NCBI RefSeq assembly: GCF_032191835.1
Contig: NC_083239.1
Coordinates: forward strand, 23,994,001-24,058,000
Length of the DNA: 64,000 bases
Origin: Heteronotia binoei
Lineage: Eukaryota
Reading direction: 5' to 3'
Numbering within the stretch: the first letter of the stretch is position 1; each line of letters begins with the position of its first letter. Made by a program: the position numbers and the translations under genes. The notes beneath the pieces were generated by a model that saw only the letters and a list, made by a program, of their open reading frames with translations, made no database searches and was not told the DNA's origin. Positions 54,201 through 64,000 of this stretch are shown here, one piece after another.

Positions 54201-57200
54201 AAGTGTGTTCATGTTATTACACTGAATAAAATTCTTTGAAAGCATTCCACTCATTTCAAAGGAGTTATTCTTCCTCAGAGCTCCTTCCAAATTTCCCACC
54301 ACAAAAACTGAAGGAGGGAGAACGTTGGACAAACATTTATTTGCCTAATTTTTTCCAGGCCTTCACATCTCTGCCTGTGCCACACCTGCAGGAGGCCAGG
54401 TCAAAGCAATCAGCCCTTGGATTTGAGGCACCTGGAAGCACAGAGAGAACATGACATCTGTATGGGGCAAAGTAGTCTTCTCCCATGGAGCCCTCCATGC
54501 AAAGCAACAAATGCAGCCTTGGAGATGTAGCTAAAAACATACATGTTCAAAACAAGGTGCATGTTTCCACTCAGGACTCTCCATCTTTGCACAACTGGCT
54601 GCAAAGCGATGATAGCTGTGTAATGACAGTGAAGGGGCTCATAACAAAACGCTCCAGAGAAGGGAGTGCTAGCCCTTGGGAGGAAGTCCAGCAGAGTCTG
54701 GAGGGCATAAAGTCCCCACTGCTAAACAGGATTAAGACCCACCCCATTTGGGTGGGGCGAACAGTGCATTTCCTTGAGCTCCATCTCCTGTATTACTAGC
54801 TTGAGCCAGAGCAACTCTACAGAGTTCTGCTTCTCCAGCTCCTTACCTTACTCCTGTATCCTCCACCACTAAATCCCGGTCCTTCTCTTTGTCATAGCTG
54901 CTGGCCCCAGCTGCAGCATTTTCTAGCAGTGAGTGCATATCACTCGCCAAGAGATTTGGCCGCTTCCTGAGCGATTTGGGGCCAAATGTCATTTCAAAAG
55001 TTTCTGTGTCAAGAATGTGAACTTTGGCATTCTGAAAAGAAAAGAAGACAACGACATTGGATTTATATTCCGTCCTCCACTCAGAGTCTCAGAGCGGCTC
55101 TGAGGAGGAGTGTAGAGAGATTGCACATCAGTTCCTCTCGAGCTCACTGCATCAGGACGGTACATCTGATTATACTCTTGGAGCTTCCAAATGAGACAGG
55201 CTTCAATGCTGAAGCAGCGGCACAGCAAACCCACAATGGGCCTCCCTCTGCCAGGCAGCCGTGCTCCGCTCGTTAACCCAAGTCCAGCAACATCAAAACC
55301 ACACTATGAAAATCCAACTGTTATCTCTGCCGGCTCCTTTGTTTCATCAACGGGACTCCAGAGCCTGCCAAAAGGCAGATTTGTTAAGGATAGTCTGGCT
55401 CACATTTGGGATTTTTTTTTTTTTAGAGGACAGCTGTGAGTGCCAGCCCTTTTCCTGGGAACTGCATCTTCTGCAGCTACGAGGAATGGCTCATGTTGTG
55501 ATGTGCACTCAAGTTACACAGAACCCTTTTCTTAATTTGGAATGTTTTAGTTTTATTAGAGACACATGGAAACTCCTGAGACAACAAAGGCATCCGGTGA
55601 GAGCCCAAGAAATCAAAAAGAGGTGGGGGGGGGGGGGAAGAAATTAAGGCTAGAGTAAAACAAACACACTTGGGGGTTGGATTTAGCAAAGCCAACATTG
55701 CTCCACCTTTACTGTCTGATGGAAACCTAGAGACAAACCCTCCTGGGACTCCATTGCCAAGGAAAGTGAATCCCCTCCAAATGCACTGTAAGCATCTAAC
55801 ACGGGGGTAACTGAGGGTCTTGTCCAACTGAGTGGCACCAGAGTTATCTAATCCTGGCAAGGATCTACATATAGCTGCAGTTCAGGGACAGTGACGACAT
55901 CACTGCTCAGACCAGAGGAATCCATTAAAACACATGCATCAGCAATACGTATTTTGGATTTGCCTTGAACATTACCCTGCAAAAAGGTGTGAGGGGAACA
56001 TGACAGATAAATAATGACTCCAATTAAGAAGTCACCCACCATTTCCTGCAGCACTAAGAGCAACCAGGTCCTGGGGAGTCTCAGGAAAGAGCCTCAGAAG
56101 AGATTTATAGCCAGTCAAACCACACTCTGTTTCTCTTTCAGTGAAGCTTTATAAATATGGGCTATTTTTTTCTCACAAATTATGCAGTCGAGTTTCCCAC
56201 ATTTGGGGAAATCATAGGGGTCAGCACAACCGGAGTGCAATGGATGAGCCTCACCCTGGGAAAACCTCCTTGATGACCAAGGTGTCTCCCCTGCCACAAA
56301 TGTTGCTGAACAGGAAAACCATGCACCTCTACTAGGACTTACCATACTTGTAACGGAAAGGATTCTAATTTCATAACAAGAGAGCATTCATGTATGCAAA
56401 TGCAACCCAAGAGGCTTTCCCCAGGACGCACACAGTCCCCTTCAGACAAACCCCACACTTTGGATACTCTTAAAAAATAGTACTTCAACAGGCTTCAAGA
56501 AATGACTAGAAGACTCACGTGAGGCTTAATTCGGTCATGGAGGAGGGACATAGGCAGCTTACTCTGCTTCATGACCACTCTGTAGGGGTCCTTCATCACA
56601 GTCTCCATTTCATCTTGAAACTTCTGGAGGAATGACTGTTTGATCACACGCGTGTTTCCTGCATTGGGTGACAGTCATAAAAAGGCACACCTCAGAGCCA
56701 CTCTGGTGTCTGCTGCTACATGAAACAGTGTTGAGAAGCAGTCCACAAGCACACCTGCTTGCTAGTCCTGCAGCATTCTGAGTGGCCCTTTGTTCTGGCC
56801 GATCATCCCACCTGCTCCCAGCTCAGCTGTAAGACACCAGAGGCTGCCCAGTGCCTCTCAGAAACCCATCCTAGGAAAACTGGGAAGCAGGAAGGCTGCA
56901 GATGGACTCACCAAACCACTTGATGTTGGGCTCTACTCTTGCCACTGTGCCTGGTGCCACTGTGGACTGGAACTGGAGTGGCCGGATCAACTTCCCACGC
57001 TTGTTCCTAAGGATACAATAAAGAGGGCCTTGGAGACACGAGTTCAAGATCCAAGTAAAGAGAAGTAGCTACACAGGTCAAAGGAAAAAGATATGAAAAC
57101 AAAATCCACATAGCACCGTCTGTCAAGGTCTATGAAAATGACACAAAATAGTGCACAAGTTTTCAGGTCTTGTAAGACTGTTTACAAGGCTGGATGTTAG

Positions 57201-60200
57201 TCTGCTTTTGGTGGAGAATCATGCAGACTTCAGAGTTGGTATGAGACACTCTTGGCCCTGTAGACTCCTGTCGGCACATGTGCTGGGGGTTGCCTATGCT
57301 AGATGCTGGGACATTACTATAACTCAGGAACTACCGACCATCTTTTCTTGGCTGAGGCTTCCTAAGATCAATTACCTACAGATTTAGGCATGAGGAAAGT
57401 TGCTCAAGAATTTTGACAACTATTGAAAGTAAGACCCTTGAGGATTTTCTTGGAACAGCTATTTGTTTGCTTCCAGGTCTAATTCAGAGTGCTGGTTACT
57501 ACCTTTAAAGCCCTTCATGGCCAAAGGCTTTTAATTTTCATCTCTCAGTATATCCTTCTGCCACTTACATTGTGCAGACAGCCTTCTCCTTAAGGTACCC
57601 TCCTTTAGGACTGTCATATGGTGACAGTGAGATCCTGGGCCTTTTCTTTGCAATGGTTTGTTGATCCTGCGTGTTTGAAGTCTGAATGCTGTTATATTAG
57701 TAAACTGTATATTTTACAGCAAAATCCGGGGAGAGGGGCAAAAAGTCTTTCGGAGCAGACGAGCTGCTACGCGGGCACAGGAAGGGTTTGCACCGATATA
57801 CGACCGGCACTGCCACAGTGGAAGGAAGTTACGTGTGCGGGGGGCAGTGTCACCTGAGGGCTGCAGCCGAGCATGGGCGCAAGTGAGGCAGAGCACGACG
57901 TTCAGGCAGAGGAGGGGGTGGAGTTGGGGGCACGGCCAGGCTTAGGCAGCTTCCTGAGCAGTTTGGGCCATGACACACACACACACACCCCGAAAGGCGC
58001 AACATTACGCCTGCAAAAACAGCGGCGTGTCCCATAGGCACTCATTGCAACAAAAGCAAAGGTTGCCTCCACCGCTGCAAAAGCTCGCAAACCCCTTAGG
58101 GAGCGGCGTGATTGCCTCGCCAATCCCCTCACACCTCGGGCTGGCGAGCCCCCTCCCCAGCACCCAATCGCAGTCTCCCCCTTCCTAGAAATACTTCCGC
58201 TCTGGCCTCGTACAACTCAATTGTTAGGGAAGGAGTGCATGGCGGGAAGCAATGCTGGCGAGCTCCCAGCCATACAGACTTAGAGTGAGGGACAGGCAGG
58301 CCCGTTGGTGACGGGTTATGCACTGGGCAGTTGCTTTGACAGTATCTTTGACTTGCGAGGAGGAGAGAGAGGTCTCTCCCTGGGGCTAATTGCTCTTGTT
58401 TCCAGGTCTCCACAGGTTCCAAGCTCCCAGAGGCTCTGCATGCGAGGACTATCGCCCATGGCTGGGTAAGTTCCACTGCCCCCCCCCGTCTCCCCCTCCC
58501 CTCGCTCTCGAGCGCTCGGTGTGTGAGCGTCTCTGGCACTTGAACCTGGCAGTGGGCTTCGTCAGGCGGCATTTGCTGACCCCGCTACCCTGCGCTGCTG
58601 TCTGCTCCCTTCCCTTCATCTGCCCTCTGCCGCTTTCCCAACCACTGGCAGGGCACGGGGTGCGTGTGTGCGTGGCAGCTGCCCCGTTGCGGGGAGGTGG
58701 GTCAGAGACTGTTCCTTTAAGAGAGCGCCAGGCTGAAACGCAGCCTGCTCTTCTAGTTGCCACCCCTGCAGGTGCTCTTGATCTGTCTCCGTTTTGCAGG
58801 TGGGACTCCAACACAGAGGCTTCCGTGTGTCGCTCCACTGCCCCCCCCCCCCATTTCCTCAGCTGTTTCTGCCCACCGCTCTGAATGGAGCCCCACCCAC
58901 AGCGAGACTGCCCAGCGTGCACCAGGGAGACTGTTGCACTCTGTTCTGGAAAAATAAAGTCTGAGCTGTGCCCTCTGCTGTCTCTCCTGCTTGGCATTTG
59001 CTACACATTCCCTGGGCAACCCCCACCCCGTCAGTGGCCTCTCTGAGGAAATGCCTTGGAGGGTGGGCAGACTTGGTTCGGGCGGGGGGGACGGTCTATG
59101 AGCCGCCACACTGCCCCCCCGCGTGGCTGGAGAGGGGAGGGGTGCCACCCCTCAGCCTGCCCGGGCTGACAGCCTACCCGACCGCACAGGGCACCAAGGG
59201 AGGGGCTGCTGAAGTGAATGCATGCCCAGCGGCTCGCACTCTGAGTTCTGCAGCCCCCAGGGGAGGTGTTCCTGGCACATAGAATGGGGCGGCAGCAGGG
59301 CAAAACCGGGGGGGGCGGCTCCAGGGGGTGTCTTTTGGACTTGGTCTGGCTGCTCCCAGACACACATTCCAGCTGCTGTCTAGGACAGCGAACTCCTGCA
59401 CTTGAGACTTCCTGCTTGTCCGCGCATGCCTCTGCCCGCCTGTCTGCCACTGGCAGCGTCTTTGACAGCGGGAGGGAGTGGGGGGATTGACGGCCTCTCA
59501 GGCACATGTTTTCCGCCCCCCTCGCCCGGTCACGTGCAATCCCGTGGTCCCGCGTGAGCCTGTGCCTCCCCCACCCCCACCTCGGTAGCGGGCCAATGGC
59601 GTGCGCCTGGGCGGAATCACCATGACAACGGGTTCTCTCTCACTCATCGGGCTGCTCTTCCCCCTCCAAACGTGGCCTGCCGTCTCCCCTTTGGGAGCCA
59701 ACTGTGGCCGCCGACGCTAGTTCTGCACTCGAGCGGTTCTCTGGATTGGGCTGCCCATCTGCTTTAATTTTGTTAATTGGATTGTTTGCCTCCTTGCAAT
59801 TTGGCTGCTACATTGTTCACCTCAAGTCCAAGGAAATAAGGTATGATAAAAATGTTTTAAATGAGTAACATTCAAATGTGTTAAATGTCTTTAGAAGAAC
59901 CGGTGATTAACTACTCATTTTTATACTCACAGTGGAGGCTGCCATTGTTCTCACTGACTTTCCCCCAAGAATGCCCAGTGCCAAGTCTGCCCGTACCTCA
60001 GCGCCTCCTACATGACTCTCCAACAGAAGCAGAATAAGGACCTATCTCAAGTTCATAGTCTGAAACAACTTCTTCCTCACTTCACCATTTTATTTTATTT
60101 TATTAACATCCAGGTTGATTAATAGTTCCAGAGAACTCACACAAGCTTGCACACAGTTTTCTGGCCTCTATTTTCATCTTCAGGAGTACTGCAGCAATTT

Positions 60201-63044
60201 TATTTTAGGCAAAATAAGCATCTCTAAGCTTTCCTACCTGGGAAAATCAGCAGCTACCCTCATTTGGTGGACATAACCCCCCCCCCCCAAAAAAAAAAAA
60301 AATTGTTCCAGCATTAAAAGCTTGCCAAAAGGGAAAATAAGGTTTCAGGTTGAACTTTGGAGATGACAGAAGAACATTTTCATTCACTCCAATCCTACGG
60401 TCAGGGGTGGCCAACGGTAGCTCTCCAGATGTTTTTTGCCTACAACTCCCATCAGCCCCAGCCACTGGCCATGCTGGCTGGGGCTGATGGGAGTTGTAGG
60501 CAAAAAACATCTGGAGAACTACTGTTGGCCACCCCTAGTTGGTTGAGAAAGGAAACCTGCTAAGCAGGTGGACAACTGCCTTACTTGTTGCTGGAGGAAT
60601 AGGACAGAATTTGGGGAGCCTGACTGGGGCCCTCCCAACCATAGATAGCATGTCCTGCCAATCACAGAAATGAGCACTGAGGGACAGAGCTCTCAGCTAG
60701 GGCATCTACCACATACCCAATACAACAAGTGAAACACAGCTCGGTCACTACCTGGAGCATGCTAGAAGCACAGCACCTTTACATGAACAAATGGAAGCAA
60801 TGAAGGTTCTTTGGCCATATGACAGGCAAAAGGGCAACAGGTCCCAGAGGAGAAGGCAAGAATGCCTGTTATTCAGGGCTGACGTTTTTCCACAGGCTAT
60901 GCCAAGTGATGGAGCCGAGCCTTGGAAAAACACATGGCTAAGAGATTCCACATTTCACAACTGGCATCTTTTCAGAGGCAGAGAGATTTGAGAAAACACA
61001 GCAAAGCTGCTTCCATTTAGCACCTACTCTCTGTACGGAGCACATGCTGGCACCCAATGGGGCATGAAATTAACTTGCTTGCAGGTGGGAGGGAAGATCA
61101 TCCAAGTTTTTGGGGAGCAGATGGCAACCTCACCCCAACAACTGAGCAATGCTAAAAGGCCTCATCTCCAGCTGGCTCACTAGTCCAAGCCTGTCAGACA
61201 GCCTTGACATGGGGGCTGAGGAAGAACAGCTGAAGCAAAAAAACCATCCAGAAACAGCTGCAGAGAATCTCCAGGTCTTTTGATCAAAATCCTAGCAAGC
61301 CACAGAGCCCCTGATCTAATCAGCTTTAAAGCAGGTACTGAACCCACTCAGCAGCAACACCAACAAAAAAAACCCTCCACAGGATTTAGGTTCCTTGTGT
61401 GACTTCAGAGGCATCCCAAGCACTGCAGTGCAAGGATGGAGCTATTCTTTAGTTTAGCTACCTTCAAGGACAGCTCAGAAACAGAGAAGGACACAGCTGG
61501 AGTCATGCTCCTGAAGGAAGCATGAAGACCAGAGTCCTAGGAGGAGCAAGAACTGCACCTCAGCAAGGCAGGAGAAAAACTCCTTTCTGATAGTGGATCA
61601 AACCATAAAAAGAATGATTTGCTGAAGCAGAATAAGCACTGGTAGAACTGCCTATCCTCTTGCCCTTGCCTACAAAGGTTCCATTTCAGTCCTACCCTGT
61701 CTGAGGCAAAAGGCCTCGGCTGAGGGGTTTTGCGCTTGTGCATCAGCATCTCCTGCGAGACTTGCTACAGTTCCACAGGGCCTGTGAAACTGAACTTTTC
61801 CAGATGGCCTTTAGTTAATATCATCTTGGCTGCCAGCAAGAGCGACCTAGCTCTCCTACTGGTGACACTATTATAAGGAATCTATGCTGATCCATGTCAC
61901 ATGGCCGCTACTGCAGACTGTAGTCTACTGACTCTAAAGTCTATAACTATAAACTCTAATATTTATAAAGCAATCAGTTATTAGAGTCTATGGTTTTAAT
62001 GATGTTTTACTGTATTTTGATGATACTGTAATTTTGAGGACATTTTAATGTAATTATAAAGTTCAAATACTTTGGCCACCGAGAAGGGAGCACTCACTGA
62101 AGAAAACCTGATGCTGGGAAAGACAGAAGGCAAAAGAAGAGGACAGCAAAAGATGAGATGGCTGGATAGCATTACTGATGCAACTAACATGAATTTGAAT
62201 GGACTTTGGAGGATGGTGGAAGACAGGAGGGCCTGGCATGACTTGGTCCATGGGGTCGCAAAGAGTCGGACTCGACTGTGCAACTGAACAACAACAATTT
62301 TTGTTGGAAGCTGCCCCGAGCCAATTGTGGGAGGGATGGGGTACAAATTAACAAAAATAAAAATAAATAAATCTCCTCCAACCTGGGTTGCGACCTGCAC
62401 AGCAGGCGAGCGGAAGGCAAAGCCCCACTAGCCAATGTTCCTGTCTAAAGCCTGAGTGTCTGACCGATCCAAAGCCTTTTGGACTGCACTTTCCTGGGTG
62501 TAGGTGCCTGAAACCGCCAAAAAGACCTTGCACTCCAACTTCAGCTACTTTGGATCGCGCACCCAAGAGCCTGCTAGAGCAGGAAAGGCCAGGAGTGAAA
62601 TTCTAGCAAGAGCTCCTTTGCATATTAGGCCACACCCCTCTGATGTAGCCAATTCTCCTGAAGCCTACAAGGCTCTTTTTTGTAAGCTCTTGGAGGATTG
62701 GCTACATCAGGGGGTGTGGCCAATATGCAAAGGAGCTCCTGCTAGAATTCCACCCCTGGAAAAGGCCCAAGACTTGTGGAGGGTCGCCCCGCCGCTCTCA
62801 CCTGCGCTCCTTCTGCCGGTACATGTTAAGCCGCCGGATGGTCGCCCGGTCCCGCATGCTGCCGCCCGCCGCCTCCGCCGGCCGATCTGGGGGTGAAAGG
62901 AAGAGGAGGATGAGGCAGGCCGCCGCGGTGCCTTCTGCCCTGCGAAGGGCGAGCCGAGGCAGCCTGGGCCCTCTGCCTACCGGGGTTGGTGCTGGCCCGC
63001 GATGGGTTGAGGCTGGCGCGGCCCTTGAAGCGCGGTTTCACCAT
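39265..63044 (-). CDS. GNL2: Nucleolar GTP-binding protein 2 (Nog2 family circularly permuted GTPase), 718 aa
   Basis: 16 exons: 63044-62981, 62886-62802, 57006-56912, 56658-56519, 55031-54847, 53880-53814, 52609-52451 (G4 NKCD), 52141-52028, 50582-50454 (G1 GYPNVGKS, G2 GET), 49797-49693 (G3 DCPG), 47712-47554, 46611-46504, 44429-44020, 41281-41199, 39771-39668, 39414-39265. All GT-AG, total 2157 nt, N-terminus [23 protein letters not shown]. Confidence 0.96.
40855..41045. mobile_element. hAT MITE with perfect 8-bp TSD
   Basis: TIRs (g)AATGTTCCCTCTAAGCTG / CAGCTTAGAGGGAACA(ca)TTG; TSD GTTGTGGG at 40847-40854 and 41046-41053. Confidence 0.9.
41514..42892. mobile_element. 1.38-kb non-autonomous hAT-like element
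   Basis: Imperfect TIRs CAGGGTCAGATCTA / TAGATCGAGCCATG with subterminal tggc(g/a)cccc motifs; 8-bp flanks CTCAGTAG / CCCAGTAG (7/8). Confidence 0.75.
43107..43910. repeat. Nested foldback (inverted-repeat) element
   Basis: Outer arms 43119-43232 / 43783-43896 (114 nt, 5 mismatches by eye); inner palindrome about 43311-43633; direct repeat GTCCTGCAATTGT at 43094-43106 and 43911-43923. Confidence 0.9.
44828..45018 (-). mobile_element. 5S-derived SINE
   Basis: catcaagtcacagctgacttatgg...ggtctcccattcaaatactagccagggctgactttgcttagcttcc. Confidence 0.75.
45060..45217 (+). mobile_element. CR1 LINE 3' end fragment
   Basis: gactggatggaccattggtctgatccagcatggcttctctgatgttct resembles the squamate CR1 3' terminus. 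Confidence 0.6.
45425..45610 (+). mobile_element. 5S-derived SINE
   Basis: gcctgatcttgtcagatctccgaagctcagcagggccggtcctggctagtatttggatgggaga is close to 5S rRNA and is followed by a SINE tail. Confidence 0.8.
46228..46450 (+). mobile_element. MIR/Squam3-like SINE
   Basis: gctggtgtggtctagtgtttagagtgctggactag head; cctcacagggttgtgagg tail. Confidence 0.75.
47945..49640 (-). mobile_element. 5'-truncated non-LTR retrotransposon, probably RTE-X clade (RT C-half, CCHC motif, 3'UTR)
   Basis: [27 protein letters not shown], one frameshift near 49200, then [41 protein letters not shown] / NCPLYDD. The 3'UTR ends atgccaataaaggc-ttgct. TSD-like tgcaaa(a)c at 47938-47944 and 49641-49648. Clade assignment is by recall only. 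Confidence 0.85.
48301..48510 (+). mobile_element. tRNA-head SINE inserted into the LINE CCHC motif
   Basis: gggagggacggtggctcagtggtagagc head; flanks gttcaataata / gttcataata. Confidence 0.9.
50078..50275 (-). mobile_element. 5S-derived SINE, diverged
   Basis: gccatcaattcacaactgattcatggcaacc...ggggctttcaaggcaagagatgagcag...ggtctcccatcc. Confidence 0.7.
50655..50800 (+). mobile_element. MIR/Squam3-like SINE fragment
   Basis: aagttcaaatctc...gctcacttgggtgatcttgggccagtctctctc...catcacacagttgttgtgggga. Confidence 0.55.
52945..53140 (-). mobile_element. 5S-derived SINE
   Basis: gctgtcaagtcacagccgacttagggcaac...ggtggtctcccacctgagtactaaccaggcctgacccagcttagcttctgagatc. Confidence 0.78.
56174..56296 (-). 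pseudogene. U1 snRNA pseudogene (about nt 10-132 of U1) in GNL2 intron 4
   Basis: Reverse strand TGGCAGGGGAGACACCTTGGTCATCAAGGAGGTTTTCCCAGGGTGAGGCTCATCCATTGCACTCCGGTTGTGCTGACCCCTATGATTTCCCCAAATGTGGGAAACTCGACTGCATAATTTGTG aligns to U1. It lacks the 5' ACUUACC and stem-loop IV and is followed by agaaaaaaa. Confidence 0.93.
57470..57720 (+). mobile_element. Old L2-like 3' fragment
   Basis: ttccaggtctaattcagagtgctggttactacctttaaagcccttcatggcc resembles L2 ORF2 RIQFKVLVLTFKALHG. Confidence 0.5.
57750..59720. other. CpG-rich block in GNL2 intron 2 (intronic CpG island or GC-rich transposon remnants)
   Basis: Many intact CpGs compared with flanking intron; CCAAT x2, GAS and ETS motifs at 58120-58200. 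Confidence 0.5.
60402..60537. mobile_element. Palindromic hAT-type MITE
   Basis: caggggtggccaacggtagctctccagatgttttttgcctacaactcccatcagccccagcc / near-perfect complement; no TSD recognised. Confidence 0.85.
62058..62297 (+). mobile_element. BovB (RTE) LINE 3' end
   Basis: [64 protein letters not shown] followed by a (CAA)n tail. Confidence 0.9.
62590..62758. mobile_element. Palindromic hAT MITE, related to the 2393-2572 copy
   Basis: Termini CAGGAGTGAAATTCTAGC / GCTAGAATTCCACCCCTG; flanks GGAAAGGC / GAAAAGGC (7/8); shares tgcatattaggccac..tgatgtagccaat arms with the 3'UTR copy. Confidence 0.85.
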
Positions 63045-63226
63045 GATGACGGCTCCGGCTCTCCACAGATCCTACAGCCACGGCCGGCAGCGAGTCCGGA
63101 AAGAACGAGCCAGGGACTTCCTGCGACGCGATGACGCACTTCCTGCGAGACGTTCTCATCACCCAGCCGCTAGCCGTGACACCATAGCGACGCTGCGGGA
63201 GGAAGCGGTCACGCCTGGCGTTCTCT
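63045..63226 (-). promoter_or_regulatory. GNL2 5'UTR/proximal CpG promoter
   Basis: CpG-rich, with ETS-like acttcctg (twice) and tgacgca immediately upstream of the ATG. Confidence 0.65.
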
Positions 63227-63431
63227 TAGGGTTGCCATCTCCCGGTGGGGGGATTCCTGGAGATTTGGGGTTGGAACCTGGGGAGGACGAGGTGTGGGGA
63301 GAGGAAAAACCCCAACGGGATATGATGCCATAGAGTCCAAACCAGCCACTTTCTCCAGGGGAAACTGATCTGTCATCTGCTGTTATAATTCCGGGAGCTC
63401 TCCTGGTCCCACCTGGAGGTTGATAACCCTA
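63227..63431. mobile_element. hAT-like MITE (TAGGGTTGCCA family) upstream of GNL2
   Basis: TAGGGTTGCCATCTCC / GGTTGATAACCCTA termini; no TSD recognised. Confidence 0.75.
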
Positions 63432-64000
63432 TCGTGGGTCTTAGGCCCCCTGCAGACGTGGCAAAAGCACTGCCCCGGGCTCCCAAGATCTCTGAGTTGG
63501 GATTTCCTAGATTTAGAGCTTTTACTTCTTTCTGCTTGTTCCTGAAGATAGGTCTGATTTCCTCCTCCTCCTTCGTTCCTTCCTTCAGCAAATGGAAATG
63601 ATTTCCTAGCAGTGACTGACCGTTGGGGCTGCTGAAAGAAAACTCCGGGTTGAACTATGGGGCACCCCTAGAGCCCACCGCATTCTGCTCCATAACCGCA
63701 TAATTCAGTCCAGAGTGTGGCGAATGGGAAACTAACTGGGAGCGGCTAGGCCCCTGGTGTTGGCTGCAAAGGAAGCTTGGTAATGGGGAACAGGGACAGT
63801 CCCTTATTGTGTGCCTCTTGATTGCAGAGATTGCTTCCTGTGTGTGGTGGGTACTCCTTGGTAACTTTGCCTTTTCATTCTTTGTACTCTGTCACTACCT
63901 TCTTTCCTCCCCTGTTATGGAAAGTGTGCTTGTGAATTCCCTGTTAGCTTGCCCCATTTGCCTTACTCTGGACTGAGTTACCCTGTTAAAGAGCACTGGA

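Noticed and set aside
39415-62980. Search for intronic box C/D snoRNAs in GNL2 (a ribosome-biogenesis gene)
   Set aside because: The few RTGATGA matches fall in LINE/SINE sequence or lack a D box and terminal stem. H/ACA RNAs cannot be excluded by eye and would need an Infernal search.

Overview
Vertebrate genomic DNA from a squamate reptile, most likely a gecko (inferred from the SINE families present). The gene order matches human 1p34.3 as I recall it: last exon and 3'UTR of ZC3H12A/Regnase-1 (+), MEAF6 (-), SNIP1 (-), DNALI1 (+, head-to-head with SNIP1) and GNL2 (-, 16 coding exons). All exons were traced by hand with GT-AG boundaries and consistent phases. Introns and intergenic DNA are dense with mobile DNA: tRNA-head, 5S-head, Sauria and MIR/Squam3-like SINEs; L2, CR1, BovB and RTE-X-like LINE fragments; and several hAT MITEs, four with 8-bp TSDs (two perfect, two 7/8). 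One truncated U1 snRNA copy is present. Best leads: (1) a palindromic MITE in SNIP1 intron 3 carrying a stop-free, frame-preserving 189-nt cryptic exon; (2) an ~800-bp nested foldback element in GNL2 intron 13 with 13-bp direct flanks and a degenerate hammerhead-like core; (3) an orphan CpG-island promoter with an ATG/splice-donor junction between ZC3H12A and MEAF6; (4) MEAF6 30-nt and 13-nt microexons, the latter supplying a stop predicted to escape NMD; (5) Py-Pu-Py tri-loop hairpins in the Regnase-1 3'UTR. No searches or folding programs were run. Repeat family names come from recall and repeat boundaries are approximate.
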